Shown here: positions 1 to 13,661 of the stretch, piece by piece
Layout of the letters: every line of letters starts with the position of its first letter
How positions within the stretch are numbered: position 1 is the first letter of the stretch
NCBI GenBank assembly: GCA_001643675.2
Contig: LSRY02000041.1
Location: 620,001 to 684,000 of the forward strand
DNA from: Monocercomonoides exilis PA203
Lineage: Eukaryota > Protista > Preaxostyla
Length of the DNA stretch: 64,000 bases
Direction of reading: 5' to 3'
Notes under the pieces: model-generated
What the model saw: the letters and a program-made list of their open reading frames with translations, nothing else
Database searches by the model: none
Told to the model about the DNA's origin: nothing
Made by a program: the position numbers and the translations under genes

Positions 1-3000
1 TACCATTCAATTCGTCGTCTCTTCTCCAATGCTCAAGAAAAAGGCGGGGTGTTCTTGAGAACTGTTGCCAGAAGCTTAAATAGACTGAAAATTCGGATGC
101 GTTCAATGAATCTGATGAATGACACGCAAAACAATAGCAATTCTGCTTCTGCTTCTTCTTCTTTAAATTCTTCTGTTTCTTTGAATTCTTCAGGAAATAA
201 TGCAAAGTCGCAACCAACAACTTCTTTTTCTTCAAATTCTTCCTCTCCCTCATCGTTATCTTCCTCCTCTTCTTCTTCTTCCCTTCTTCCTTCCTCCCTC
301 CACTCCTTCAACATCTCCTCTCTCCATCTCCTCCCCCTCAACCTTCTCTTCCCTTCTCCTCTCCTCTCGTTCTTCTCTTCCAACCCTCTTTCCATTCTTC
401 GCTTTCTCGATTTGTGTATTGTCCATCTGACAACTCTATCTGCAAGAGTTATGGCTGCATACTCGTTCACTCTCACTCATTCCATCCAACAGCCTGCTTC
501 TTCTTCTTCTTCTTCTTCTTCTTCTTCTTCTTCTTCTTCTTCTTCTTCTTCTTCTTCTTCTTCTTCTTCCATCCAAGAAAACGAAGCTCAACTCAAATTA
601 GCTTCTGTTCTTTTGAAACATCTGTCGAAAAGTTTGAGTTTCGGAATGAATTTCATTATGGCCATGCTTCAAAGAGAAAAAGACACAACAAAAATTTCTT
701 CTTCTTCTTCTTCTTCTTCCTCATCTTCAACAACAGCATCGTCAATTTCTTCATTTCCAAACAGCATTCAACAAATAGGAAGCAAAAATTATGCTCAGTT
801 TTCATTCAGAAATCTTGATACTTCAAAAGCTCAATCTTCAACAACTAAACAATCAACAACCTCAACAACAACTTCTTCTTCTCCTTTTAATTCTCCTTCT
901 TTCAATTCATTATCGTCATCATCTCCTTCTTCTTCTCCTTCAACCTCCACCAACCAATTCTCCACCAAACCCTCTTTCCCTCTTCATCTCCCTTCCTCAA
1001 TCTCTCCTTCTCCCCTCATCATCTTCACCCCTCCCCCTCAATTCACTCTCAAATGCCTTCTTTCAGCCAAATTCGATCGTCTTGCTTTCTTCTTCTGCCA
1101 TTCCATGGGCTGCTTCAAAGAAGCCTGCTCTTTGCTCCTTTCCCGCTCTGTTCATATGGCTCCTTCTGCTTCCTTTGTTTTCTCTTCAAATTATCCAAAT
1201 ATTCTCTCTTCTGTTTCTGGTTCTGGTACTGCTGCAAATACATCTTTATTCGCTGCAGCTAAGTCTTCTGCATCTGCCTCTGCTTCAACAACAACAACAT
1301 CTTCTTCTTCTTCTTCTTCCTCTCCTTCATCATCTTCATCATCTTCTTCTTCTTCTTCCAATCCTTCCAACCTTCCTCAATCTTCATCTGTAGACACCAC
1401 TCTGTTCCACTTCATCACTCCCTTTCCTCTTCTTCAGCAAACAGAACAATCCTTTTTGCATCGCTTTGCCAATGGCGAATGCCCGTTGAGATGTGGCTGT
1501 GCAAAATGCATAGCAGATTGGAAGAGTTTTGCTGCAGAAGACAAACAGAAACTGATGGAAAACAGCGGAATTGAGCTGGAAGAAGAGGAAGATGAGGAAG
1601 AAGAAGATGACGATGACGATGAAGGAGGAGGAGGAGACGGAGAAGATTTCACAAGGAATGAATATGGAGGCGAGAAAGATGGGAGTTCAAAATTGCACAG
1701 AGGAAAAAATGAAGGCAAAAAAGGTGTGTTTGAGAAGGAGATGGGCGGAAGAAGAGGGCAAAGCACAGAAAGCGTCCAGCATCCGTTTGAAGATGTGGTG
1801 AGGTATTTGGAAATACTCTTGTTCTCCACCAGCTCTCCACTTGTGATACAGTCGCAGAGGACTTTGGCTGATTCGTTGAATTCTGACGAGAAAAAGGAAG
1901 GAAATAAGAAGGATAAGGAGAAATTGAAGGAAATGATGAAACTTGCTGGAAGCGATGCTCAAACAGCTTTTGATTCAAAATCCAATTTTTCTGGTTATTC
2001 TTCCATTTCTTCCTCGCTTTTATCTGCTTTTCTGTCTTTTGCTCAGTTTCTGTTGGCTTTTGACTCACGAACACTCAGAATCAATGAATGTGACGTGGAC
2101 GAAGAGTCATTTGCTCCTTTTGATCCAAAACTGAGTGAAGATGAGGAAGGAGAGGAAGATGAAGAAGAAGGAGTTGATGTTAATGAAGGAGAAAAAGGAA
2201 GAGGAAAAGGAAAAGGAAACAAGGATGATGGACAAAAAACACGCAGAAGGCATTCGATAAACTCCATTCCAACAGTTGCTAATGCTTCTACTGATGCTTC
2301 AGCTCCTGGAACATTATCTTCTTCCTCTTCTTCTTCCTCATCTTCTTCTGTTGCCCCTTCAATCTCTGTCCATTCCACAGCCACAACTGCCTCTTTCTCT
2401 TCTTCTTCTTCTTCCATCCACACTCTTTCAATGAGATCCCTCTCTTCAAACATTTCCTCTTCTTATTTCCAAATAAATGATATTGTCCCTCCTCCTAAAC
2501 AGCGTTTTCCTTTCTTCTCTTTCTATTCTTTGCAACCGGATTCCCCTCCACTTGCCATGTCTTATTCTTTCTCCACATTCCGCCCTTTACTTCGAATTGC
2601 TTCTTCGCCTGCGTTTTTTGTTCCTGGTGAACAACTCGATTTCCCATTGAAGATGTCATTTGAAGAAGATGAAGATGAAATGGAGAGAGGGAAAAGAGAA
2701 GATAAAAAGAATGTTAAAGAAGATCAAGAAGTTGTTGAAGTTACTTCTGCTTCTGCTTCCTCTTCTTCTTCAACCGCTTCCTCTTCCTCTGATTCTTCTT
2801 CTTCTCTTTCTTCTTCTTCTTCCGCCTGTTCATCCTTCTGCTCCTCCTCGTTATATCCCAATGAATCCTCTTCTCTCCTCAGCCCAGCCACTCTGTCTGA
2901 CACACTCGATCTGAGCATCAAACAGAGCATCGGCAGAGACATCACACGAGAAATGAGCAATTTGGGACACAAATCGAACGATTACGTCGAAAACGACGAG

Positions 3001-6000
3001 GCCAAAGAGCAAATCATTCGGAGTGAGAGCGAGAAAAGTGAAGGGGAATACGGAAGCTGTGTGAGGCTGCCTTCTTCGCAGTATTCTGTTGGAGGAGGAG
3101 ATGCAATGAGTGGAAGCCCAGATGTGTTTGCGGGCTCTTCTGTTTCTTCCTCCCCGTCTCGCTCTTCTTCTTCCATTGCTCCGAATTCAATATCATCTTT
3201 TTCTTCTTCCTCTTCCTCTGCTTCTTCTCAAACATCTTCCAAAAAGACAGCCAAAAAGGATGCTATCCAACTCGAATGGCTCGATTCCTTGTCTTCTCTT
3301 TTTTCCTCTGTCCATCCAGATTTGCCTCCAAACACATTGGAATCTTCTCTTTTGGGCGATTTCTCTTCTTCTTTCCTCTCTTCGCCTTTCTCTTCAACAA
3401 GCTCATGGAACAAAAGAAGATTGCATTTGCTTCCACCTGGTTTGTCTTTATTCATCAACAACAGAGCGAAAACTTTGCTCTTGCAATATCACGAGGCAGA
3501 GAAGGAGCTGAAAAAGAAGAAAGAATCGCAAAAAGGAAAGAGTAGAAGACAAGAGGAAGATGAAGGAGTGAATGGAGAAGATGGTTATTCAAATGATAAT
3601 GCGAATTATGTTCATTCAGATTTCTATCAAAATAACTTGGATTCAACAACAAATCAATCTTCTTCTCAAACAAATTCTGCTTCTGCTTCAACTGATCCTT
3701 CTTCTTCTTCTTCAGCATTTTCACAGCCAATGCTGTCTCCTCTTCTCTTTCTTCATTTTTCTCTTCTTCTCTTTGTTCAATCTCTTACAAAAAGCCACAT
3801 AATTCCTTTTGTTGAGTTTTTGATTGAAGAATGCCAGCCTTTCTTTGAAGAAGCTATGCTTTCGTCTTCTTCTTCTTCACCTTCACAACAGAAAGATCAA
3901 ATAATGAAGGTGAACACAAAGTCATCAACTTCTTCTTCTTCTTCACTTAACTCATCATCCAACACCTCCCTTTCCCTCCCCTTAGTCTTCTCCTCTCGCT
4001 ATCACTGTGCTGAGGTTGAGGCGTGGCGCTGCATCCATCAGGAACTTGCCGTTGCTTACGTCTTCCGCCTTCGTGAACTGTGGCTGAGGTGCCTTTTATG
4101 GAGAAGGATGCTGTTGCAGGAGAAAATGAGCAAGAAGAGGAGAGGGAGAAGATTTTCACAAGGATTTGACTTTGCTTCGGAGGTGTCTTTAGTGTTGTGT
4201 GAGAGGAGTAACAGCTCAACAAGAACAGATTCTTCTCACACGAATGTGACAAATGACAAGAAGAATCAGAGGTTTGCCAGCAGCAGTGAAAAGTCAGATG
4301 AAGACACGGATTTGTCTATCATCTCAACCGACCCTTCTCTTGAGCCTTCTTTGAGACAGACATCACAACACTCTACAGTAAGCAACGCATCGCAGGCACA
4401 GTTAATGTCTTTTCAGCATGTGAGTGGAGAAGGCTGTGAAATTGGTGGGAGTTATGATAATAACCTGATTACAAGCGGAAAAATGAAAGATGAAAAACAG
4501 ATATATTCTGCTCCTGTTCCACCTCCTCCACATCAATCTCCTTCTCCTTCTCCTTCTCCCTCTCCCACTCCATCTCCTTCTGCTTCTCCTTCCCATTCTC
4601 TTTCTCCTTCCCCTTCCTCCTCCTCATCTTCTTCTTCCTCTTCTCAATCTGCATCTTCTTCTCCTTCCTTGCAATACTCCCGCCGAATCTCAGAGCCCAT
4701 CCCTGTCTCACAAGACTTGCTCAACCAGCACCATTCATTTTCACTGTCGCCTGCAGAACAACAGCCAGTTGTGCAAATAGATGGAGCTTCTTCAGCAACA
4801 GCATCTTTGCCATCATCATCTTCTTCTTCTTCCACTTCTGCTCCAAATAATAATAATTCTTCTATTTCTCCACAACAGATGAAGTCATCCATCAAAAATA
4901 AGCCTCAACAAACAGGAATCGAAAACAATGATTTTGAAGGAAATTTATCATCTCAAAACGAAACAGGAGAAAGAGCAAATAAAGAAGGCACTCAAAATAC
5001 GTCTTCAATTCCGTTTAATTCACAAAACAGTCAAAATATAAGCGTTAAAAACAACAATTCTGCAGTTGATAGGTTTGATTCAACCACAGGAAACAAAAAT
5101 TCTTCTTCTTCCTCTTCTTTCTCTTCTTCTTCTTGTTGTTCATCAACAACAACAACATATTTGCTATTTCTGATCGCACCTTCACAAATGACTGGTGAAT
5201 TAGGTTTCATCCGACGCCGTTTACTCGGCTTGCTTCGTTCTTCTCCTTTTATCAACCCAGCAAAACTGCTTGAAATTCTCAAAGCACACGAAACAGCCAA
5301 TCTTGTGCCTGATTTGAGTGAAGGGGAATTGCTCAGTCTGTTTGTTGAGGAGAAGATTATCCTGAATCATCTCTCGGGAAATGTGAAGGAGATATTTCCA
5401 TTGTTTTTCATGGCACGCAATCCGAAGGCAGCTGAGGTGTATTTGATGAGTGTGATGCAGCTGGAGACGAGAAAGAAGAAGAGGAAAATTTGGGAGGAGT
5501 TTACAGGGAAGAATGAAGAGAAGGGGAAAGAAAGGGAGAATTCAAATGGGGAAAAGGAAGAGGAAGAGGAAAGGAGAAGAGAAGGCACTGCTTTCCAGAA
5601 CTGGCTGGAAGGAGGAAATAAAGTTATCAAAATGCAACAGCAGCAGCAGATGAGCTTAGAGAAAGTTGAGCAAAGAGATGGGTTGCATGATGTGAGCATA
5701 CTGTTTCTGAAGCATTATGTGGATGTATGTGAATATTCGTGTTATTCATGAAAAATTCATAAATATTATTTATTTACTTAATATTTTTTTTTCCTCAAAT
5801 AAAAATCCTATTTTTTCACAATCATTTTTAATTTCTTTCTTATTTTCTTTCTTTTATTTATTTCCCAGGCCATCATCCGCACCAAATACAGTAGCCATCT
5901 TCCACGTGTCCTCTTCAAATGTCTCCAATTCATTCCTTTTTCTTCTCTCCTTTCCGCCCTCCCCGATACCCTCCCCCTCAAATCCCTCATCGACTTCTTC

Positions 6001-9000
6001 AAACTGATCTTCCAAACATCCTCCTCCAGCCGCAAACACCTCCTCCTCTCTCGCTCATTGCTCCATTCCCACTCCATCCTCTCTGAATATCAGCGTGTCA
6101 GAGCCATCAGCTCCTCTGTCACAATCACCCAGACCGTCCGCTGCTGCCTCTGCAGACAGACCATCGGATCTTCACACAGCCTTGCCATTGTCGTTTCGCC
6201 GAAGGGAGAAATTGCTCATGTGCATTGCTACGACAGCATGAAGAGGGCGAAGGAGGACGAAGAAGTGGGGAGAATCTTAAAGTGGGACAGACTTAGCGGA
6301 GGAAATGGTGGTGCAAAAGACGGGAGAAGGGAGAGAGAAAGAGATAGAGACAGAGAAAGAGAGAAGGAACGAGACAGAGAAAGAAGAGGCAGCCGGCTCA
6401 GTTCTTTTGACGAGTCGATCGATTTCATGCGGCCGATGTCGCTTTCTTCAGACGATTCGTCCTCTTTGCGCTCTTCTCTTGGCCTTTCTGATGGATTTGA
6501 ACACTCACCCAGAGTGTTCAACATAAGCAGGACTGAAAGAGAAGACATGGATGGCCTTTATTACTCTCCTCTGACTCATTCTTCAACGTCTGCTTCTTCT
6601 TCTTCTTCTTCTGTTGCTTCTTCTGCCGTTTCTGCTTCGTCTTCTTTGGCTCTGTCAGCAGGCCGGTCCTCTTTCATGTACTCGTTTGGCGATGGCACTT
6701 TCTCTTCACACGGTAGAAATCTCTTTGATGACACCGAAGACGACGATTCTCCATTCCAATTGTCTGCTTTCCGGTCAAACAGCAACGCAATCAACTCTCC
6801 ATTGAGCAGGCTGTCGGAGATATCGATGATTCAGAGGGGGAAACTGGAGAAGATTGAGAGGCGAAGGAACTTGGGCGGGTTTGGGCAGATTGTGGGGTTT
6901 GTGGAAGAAGGATGGAGGGGGAGAAAAGCACAGGAGAAAGAAGTGCTGAGATTGAAGGAAGTGATTCAGCAGGAAAAGAACTTGGAAAAGGGGAGAAGGA
7001 AAGAGAGGAGGAAGCAGATTGAGCAGGAAAATGCAGAGTTGTCGTCTTCGGCAGCAAAAGAGGGCACAAGTGAAGGAGGAGACAGAGCAGAAGGAGGCAG
7101 TCAAATGAAAGGTGATATGAAATCTGTGTCTTCTCAACAGCAGCTGCAGTTGAGTGAAGGAAATGAGAAGAATGAGGGCAAAGAAGAAGAGAAGTCGGAT
7201 ATTGAAAGCGGAAGAGCCAACGACAACGGAGTGGAAATTGTGGATGATGACGAAGAAGACGAGGAAGATGCAAACAACGACGAAGGCTTGTCTTTGCCTG
7301 CGTTTTCTGCAGGTGCGCTGATATTTCCTCTTCCAGCTGTGTCTCGCTATTCTTCCTCTGTTGACATGCCCTTCTTCAACAACAAAGCTCCGCTTTCGCT
7401 TCTTTCTGTTCCTCCTCCCTCGCTCAAAAGAGAAAGGAAAGAAGAAATGGAGCAAGATGCTGCAATTAGCCTGCAAAGTGAAGAGCAGAGGGGATGCTAC
7501 GATGTGCTGAATGAGATGATGAATCGGTTCCACAGTGGAAGTGGGAATATGAATGGAAATATGAATGGAAGTGGAGGAAGCAGAAGAAATGACTCACGTG
7601 GATGGGAGTATAACATTGTGCCAGAGTTCTTTGCACAGGGCGATGAGATGCTGTGGCTGAGAAGGAAAGATGGCTTTGAGGGCATCTCCAAAATGATCCA
7701 GACACAAAGATTCGACTTCCTCCGGACGAGAAAGAAGCTCAGTGACACAGAATGGATGGCTCAAAAACACCTTTTCTTCCATCTGGCAGGCTCCACTGAC
7801 AGAACAAAGTATCTTTTCCCTTCTGCTTCTCTTCCTCGCCAGCTCCTCCCTGTGCCTCGTCCCTTGTTTCCCACATCGTCTCTTCTTCTCTTTTCTGCCT
7901 CTGCTGCTTCGTTGGGCATGCACCGTGTGCCGTTTAAGCAGCGCCATTTGAGCGAGAGAGAAGCAGAAGATAGAAGATGGAGCTGGCTCTTGTTCCAGTG
8001 GGGAGCAGAATCATCACTGAGGGAGGAGAAGATGGACACAGCACATTTGTACAGCCTGTCTGACCACAGAAAGAGGAAGAGCATGCTATTTGAGCATAAG
8101 CCAGGGGCTATGGAAAGAGAGAAAATGGAACATGCTCGCTATAACAGGAGACACTTTTATGGCAGTTCTGTTTCTTCTTCCTCTTCTTCTTCTTTCTCTC
8201 CCTCTCATTCTTCTTCTTCTTCTTCTTCTTCTTCTTCTTCTGTTTTGCCTTCTTCTCTTCCTCCTTCTTTCTATCGCTACTCACTGCTTTCGTCAAGTGC
8301 TCAAGATAGGTTCTATTCAGACCACCAGCCATCTTCTCATTCAGAAATGCAGTTTGGTTCATGGGATGGCTCTGATTCTTCTTCTCCTCCTTCTTATTCG
8401 CCTTCTCCTTCGCCTTCTCCTTCTCCTTCTCCTTCTTCCTCTGCTTCTCTCTCTTACAGCCCCGACTTCATTCAGCATCCTTCATCTGCTTCTTCTTTTG
8501 ATGGAGCAAATTCATTCAATCGTTCTGCCGATGCTTCTTTCTTGTCTTCTTCGCAGCGCCCTTCTCCTGTCAGAATAGAAATTGGAGCACCTCAATCAAC
8601 TTCTTCTTCTTCTTCTTCTTTATTCTCTCAGATAATGTCTTTTTCTGCTCCTTCTTCAGATTCCAACATGCTTTCTTCTTCCTCCTCCTCCTCCTCTTCA
8701 TTGTCATCTTCTTCTTCCTTTTCCAGTCAGAAATCGCCAAGTTCGTTTGTTGGTGAAGAATTTGAAGGCTTTTCAACAGAAAGTGAACAGTTTGCTCCAG
8801 AGCCACTGAAACCCAGTTCGAATTCTCCAAACAGAATCGACAATGGATTGATGAATACTACATCAGTGCAACTGGATGGCTTGTCTAATTCTGTAGGAAT
8901 TTCTAGTTCTAATTCAAATTCTTCCTCTTTCTCTTCTTATGCTTCTTCTGATTCAACAACTGAATCATCATCATCTTCTTCTTCTTCTTCTTCTTCATAT

Positions 9001-9294
9001 TCCCCTTCTTCCTTCTCATCCTCTTCATTTTCTTCTCCCCTTTCTCCTCTTTCCTCCATCTTCTCTTCATCATCTTCTCCTTCATCATCGTCTTTTCGTC
9101 CATCTACTTCCACCGAACAGTCGCAGAAGAAGAAGAAAAGCAGATTTTCTGGACTTTCTTCGCTGATAAGCTCCGTTATGACATTTTCACCTTTTGCAGA
9201 TGAAAACGAAGAGCAGATGCCTCGACTGGGAAAGAAAGAAGTGAGTAACAGCAAAAGAAAAGACAAAGGAAATAGCGGATATGGGTTTTCGTGA
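1..9294 (+). CDS. VPS39: Vps39/Vam6 (TGFBRAP1-family) HOPS/CORVET-type tethering subunit with large Ser-rich insertions; 5' end lies outside the window; visible exons 1-5724 and 5869-9294
   Basis: Frame is open from base 1. ORFs 49..5751 and 6058..9294 are in the same frame and are joined by a phase-0 intron. Family-like motifs: GELGFIRRRLLGLLRSSPFINPAKLL...LFVEEKIIL...AAEVYL (clathrin-repeat region), ALPDTLPLKSLIDFF, and the C-terminal Zn-finger-like VTITQTVRCCLCRQTIG...VVSPKGEIAHVHC. Confidence 0.75.
497..569 (+). repeat. (TCT)n coding microsatellite (poly-Ser)
   Basis: Uninterrupted run of about 24 TCT units; many shorter runs occur through 1-9294. Confidence 0.95.
5725..5868 (+). other. 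Spliceosomal intron (144 bp, phase 0)
   Basis: GTATGT donor, AT-rich body, pyrimidine tract ending TTTCCCAG; removal gives ...HYVD|AIIRTKY... in frame. Confidence 0.85.
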
Positions 9295-10051
9295 GTGAAG
9301 AGGAATTGAAAGAAAGAAAATGTGAAAGAAAATGTGAAAGAAAAAAATATTTATATTTTGTTAATGTTTATTGTATTTGTTTTCTTTTTATCTTCATTTC
9401 TATTGAGATTAGTATTAAACTCTTCAGAACATTATTTTTTATTTTGTTTTTGTTTTTGTTTTCACGAAGTTTATGAAATGTTGGTTTTATCTTTTTTTCT
9501 TTGACATATTTCATCAAATTCAACAGAAAACGAGGTATTTCAAAATGATGTGCCGAACAAAAGAAATTCAATTTATAATAATTTAAATTCACTCTCCTTT
9601 GAAGTGGCTTTCATTCATATTCCATTCAAATTACCATGAAATATCGAAGAGTTGGCTTTCAGGTAATGTTTCTTTTTTATTGGGCATTGGAATGTGCAAT
9701 ACTTGAAAAAAGCATGGAACATTCTTTTCATTTGAATAAAGAAAGAATGAGTAAAGCATTAAATATGGAGGGGAAGGGGGAGGGGGAAAGCTGGAGGGGA
9801 ATGTTTTTAAAAGATTCACCAGAAACAATATTTGAATTTAAATTTGTGGAATCGGTGTATATCATTAAAAACTCATTTTTGAATTTCTTTCTCAAAAAGA
9901 AAGTTTCTTATATTTTTGTTAAAAGTTCATTCAAAGAAAAAAAAAAAAATCCTCTTTTTCATTATCCATAAAAAAGCTTTATCGGGTGAAAAGGAATATA
10001 AAATTTTTAAAAAAATGATATTTTATGTAATAATGCTCAATTTGATCAAGA

Positions 10052-11180
10052 ATGGAAAGTGAAAGTGGAGATATTTCATGGATTATTGGTGTGAATGATT
10101 TTACATCTTCATTTATGAATAAAAATTATTAATTTTTCAAGATGCTGTTGTTACATTTTGTCAAAGCAATGAATTCAGAGATAAAATTTCAGCATATTTA
10201 AATTCTAATTGTACGGAATATTGCAAAGCTAATACACCAGAAGAATTAAAAATTACTGTATACAATGGATATGTTACGATGTATAACGATCTCATCACAA
10301 AAATGTTCACAGAGATGGGCTTACCAATTGAACAAATTAAACCTGCTTGGGATTATTTACTCCAAAGCGAAGAAGGTGCAAGCGACACAAGGATGGCATC
10401 AGAATTTCTTTCTGCAGAAAATATATCGATTTTTGGGGGATTAATGGAATATTACAATGCCAGACATTTTCTTTCTTCTCTTCGAGATTCAGTTTGATCA
10501 TTTCAAAAATTACAATTTTTTTCAGAAAGCATATGGTTCAACTTTATTTAATGATATATAATATAATTCAGGGATCAGAAAAGGATGTTATTTTGCAGGC
10601 TACAAGTGCTGCTGAGCTGGCAGAACTTCAATTAGCAATATCATTAAGTACGGAACTGGAAAAACGAGCAAAAGAAAGAGAAAGTGGAAAGAAGGTTGAA
10701 AGCAAACCAATAAAACTTCCTCCGCCACCTCCTCCAAAGCCAAAAGCAACTACACCGTCTTCAGAAACTGCATCATCCTCATCTGTCCCATCGAGTTCTT
10801 CAAAGGCTTCAAAGGATGACAGCGATGCGTTTGGTGTAACTGGAAAGCAGATGACTGTTGGTGATGGAAAGAAGAAACTGACTCCAATGACGTCTTCTGG
10901 GATCCAAAGCCGGCTTGTGAAACTTCGAGAAATGGAGGAGTCTCTTTTACAGCAACTTGCAAAAATTAGGGAAGAACAGGAAAAAGCTGTTAGAGTGTGT
11001 TGATGTTCAGAAATTGTGCTTCATTAGTTAATTTCTTTCATTTTTTTCTTTTGGATGCTAATGGAAAATTATCGCTGTTAAAAATTATAAATAAAAAAAA
11101 TGAAACAGGAACGCTCAAGTGATTTAGCTGCGAAGATGAAGGCAAAGAGAGAAGCCGCATTATCTGCTCAGAAAAAATAA
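10052..11180 (+). CDS. CFAP36: CFAP36/CCDC104-like BART-domain (ARL2/ARL3-binding) protein; exons about 10052-10088, 10142-10491, 10572-10988 (or 10994), 11109-11180
   Basis: Spliced product MESESGDISWIIDAVVTFCQSNEFRDKISAYLNSNC...MYNDLITKMFTEMGL...FLSAENISIFGGLMEYYN fits the BART-like N-terminus of CFAP36, followed by UIM-like ELAELQLAISLS and a coiled-coil C-terminus. Three GT-AG introns keep the frame; stop is TAA. Confidence 0.7.
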
Positions 11181-11690
11181 CTCATTATATTTTTGCGCAC
11201 AAGGGCAACATTGTTTCAATATGAGTATATTTTTTTGTTGTTGTTGTTATTGTTGTATTTTAAGCAAATTTTCATCTGAGAGATAAATCAAAAATATTTT
11301 AAGAGCAATATTCGATAAGTCTGAGACCTGAAATGCAAAGTTTTTTTGGACAAAAATAATTGAAAATGTTTATGATTTTTTCATTCCATTTTCATTATAA
11401 AATTGATTTAGCCAATCATTCCGTGATTGATGTTAAATTATTTCTAGCTTTTTGAATAATAATTTCATAATGATCTTCTTGATCGTATTTATACTTTTAT
11501 TCATTATTCTTGAAAATTGTGAATACTTCATGAAATAATAAATCGATGAAAAACAAGAAATTGAAGAATATGCTTCAAACAATATTTTGATTTTTTTGGA
11601 AATGTGCAACAATGAATGATTAAAAACTCGTCAACATTTCAATAGCTCGACAAGTGAAATCAATTGCTGAAGTCCAAAATAAGGTGTCAT

Positions 11691-12908
11691 TCAATCTATG
11701 TTTATTATTCCCCGCTCACCTCCTTTTGTTTGCATTGTTTTTCTCGAACATGAAAGTGGCAATGACTTGTTGTCCAATTTGACGATTTCAATCACTTTTT
11801 CAAAGCTTTCTTAGAAGATCCGCGCTGTTGAGGGAGTTTTGTCAAAATCATTCACAAGTCCACTTTTTTTAAAAGCAGAAAAAATGTTTATCGATGAAGA
11901 AACTTGCAATATTTCATTCATTCCAACCCACAAAAGATGTTCCATACTATCGTGCATTGAACCCGATCTGACCTGTTAAATTTGAAGCTTCCAAAGCGAG
12001 AAAATAAATGAATCCAATGACCGCAGCAAATGTGTTGTATTCGGAGGTGAAACCAAAAGCAAAATATTTTTATTAACAAGTCGAGTCAATTCATCATCTG
12101 ATAGGTGGATTTTGCAACCATCAACCATTAACACTGCCTGTGCATGCCTATCTGGGAAAATCATTCTTTTAATGTTGACATGAGGAATGAATACTTTCTC
12201 AATCCAGTTTTCAAACAACTCCTTTCAGAAATATGACGAATTTCCGATTTTCACACACACATGTATTCCTATTTGATAGCCTAGAGACCGAAGGGATCTA
12301 ATGTTGAATGGTTTTTGTACAAGAAAACAAGGAGGAACAAAAGTTCCATCAAGTGAAATGCAGTGGAGCAATGAAATCCTTTTTTCTCCTCTGTCAACAG
12401 GCGTGTGATTCATTTCAAGATTTTCATTTGTTCCGACTATAAGGCTCATCTTTCTAGTATCTTCATGCGCATGATAACCTGATTCATCAGCACAGAAGAT
12501 CATGGATGAATATTTTCCATTCACATATTGAGTCAAGTAATTTTTCCAGGTTATAATACTTTGTTCCGAAATTTTCATTCTTTTTTCGTCTCTCACGCTT
12601 GATGGAACAATCATCAATTCCTCGCTATGCCTTTTTATGAATGAAGAATGAAAATTGTGAGAAGGCGTTTTATGACAAACTTTTGCAACAACGGCTCTTA
12701 GCGTTTTCGGTGTGATTTGCTTTCTTTTATCTCTCAAATTTTTCAGTATTTCCATGACTCGTTTTTCTTGCTTTCGAGTCATCAACATGTTCTTTTTCTC
12801 AATCATCTTTTTCCTTAAATTTCCTGTTCGAATCTGGTAGACAAGGCTCGGTGTGCAGTTGAGTGCCTTTGCAATTCGCACTTTTGAAGGAATTTTGACT
12901 TTTCTCAT
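11691..12908 (-). pseudogene. Decayed pogo/Tigger-like (DDE_1, Tc1/mariner superfamily) transposase
   Basis: N-terminal HTH-like region, then CADESG, ISLLHCISLDG, VLMVDGCKIH, PPNTTHLLRSLDSFIF and NIFSAFKKSGL. All lie in one frame broken by stops at 12225-12227 (TGA), 11976-11978 (TAA) and 11811-11813 (TAA). TIRs not found. Confidence 0.85.
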
Positions 12909-13329
12909 TTTGAATGCATTTATGAAGGAACGAATTCAAGTCACTTTTGCTTTTGAAGTGTTTCGCGATTAGTGAGATGAAATAAACAGAAACCTAAATC
13001 AAGAAATGAATCCATTTTATCATTTTTTTGTTGTCAATATTTATTGCTTCAAGATATTTATTAACATTCCGAATTAGTGAGTGAAAATTTTTAAAATTCC
13101 TTTTTTTCTAATAAATTGGTATGACTATCTGCAATCAAACATTTTTTCAAAAATAATGTGTAAATGCTATAGATAAGAAACGTATGGAAATTTTTCATGT
13201 TTATTGATATTGAACATCATTTCTTTTATTAAATTTTCTGATCTGAAAAAATTCATTCTCAATCAAATCAGTTTGATTAATATTATTTAATATTATTGGA
13301 TTTTATTTCAGCACAAAATATGACATGTC

Positions 13330-13575
13330 TGTCCAAATTTTTTTGAAAAGTTCCATTAGTTTTTTTTTCAAATATATTAATAAATTCATATTTCGATCAA
13401 ATTTCTGTTTTCACTCACCAGATTTCATGAGAATGAATATAATATCATCATCAAGAATTTGTTTCCATCACAGAAAAATATGGTTGATGTGAACAGAAAT
13501 ATGATCAAAATATGATTGTTCTATTTTATTAAATAAAAAGAAAAATACAAATGGTATTTTTATAAAAAAAATGCC
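13330..13575. repeat. Degenerate inverted repeat (old foldback/MITE-like remnant)
   Basis: TCATATTTCGATCAAATTTCTGTTTTCAC (about 13386-13414) matches the reverse complement of GTGAACAGAAATATGATCAAAATATGA (about 13489-13515), with looser pairing inward and outward. Confidence 0.5.
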
Positions 13576-13661
13576 ATATGAAGGTGGATGACTATTTTTT
13601 TAGAAAATATCAAGTATTACGGTTTTGCACACACCTTAAATAAATAATTATTATCCATGTG

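Noticed and set aside
8395-8440. YSPSPSPSPSPS as an RNA polymerase II CTD-like repeat (also about 4535-4580)
   Set aside because: Simple SP dipeptide low complexity with no heptad periodicity.
33-9266. Numerous short antisense and alternative-frame ORFs, here and inside the large surface-protein genes
   Set aside because: Shadow ORFs produced by trinucleotide repeats and codon bias of the real genes.
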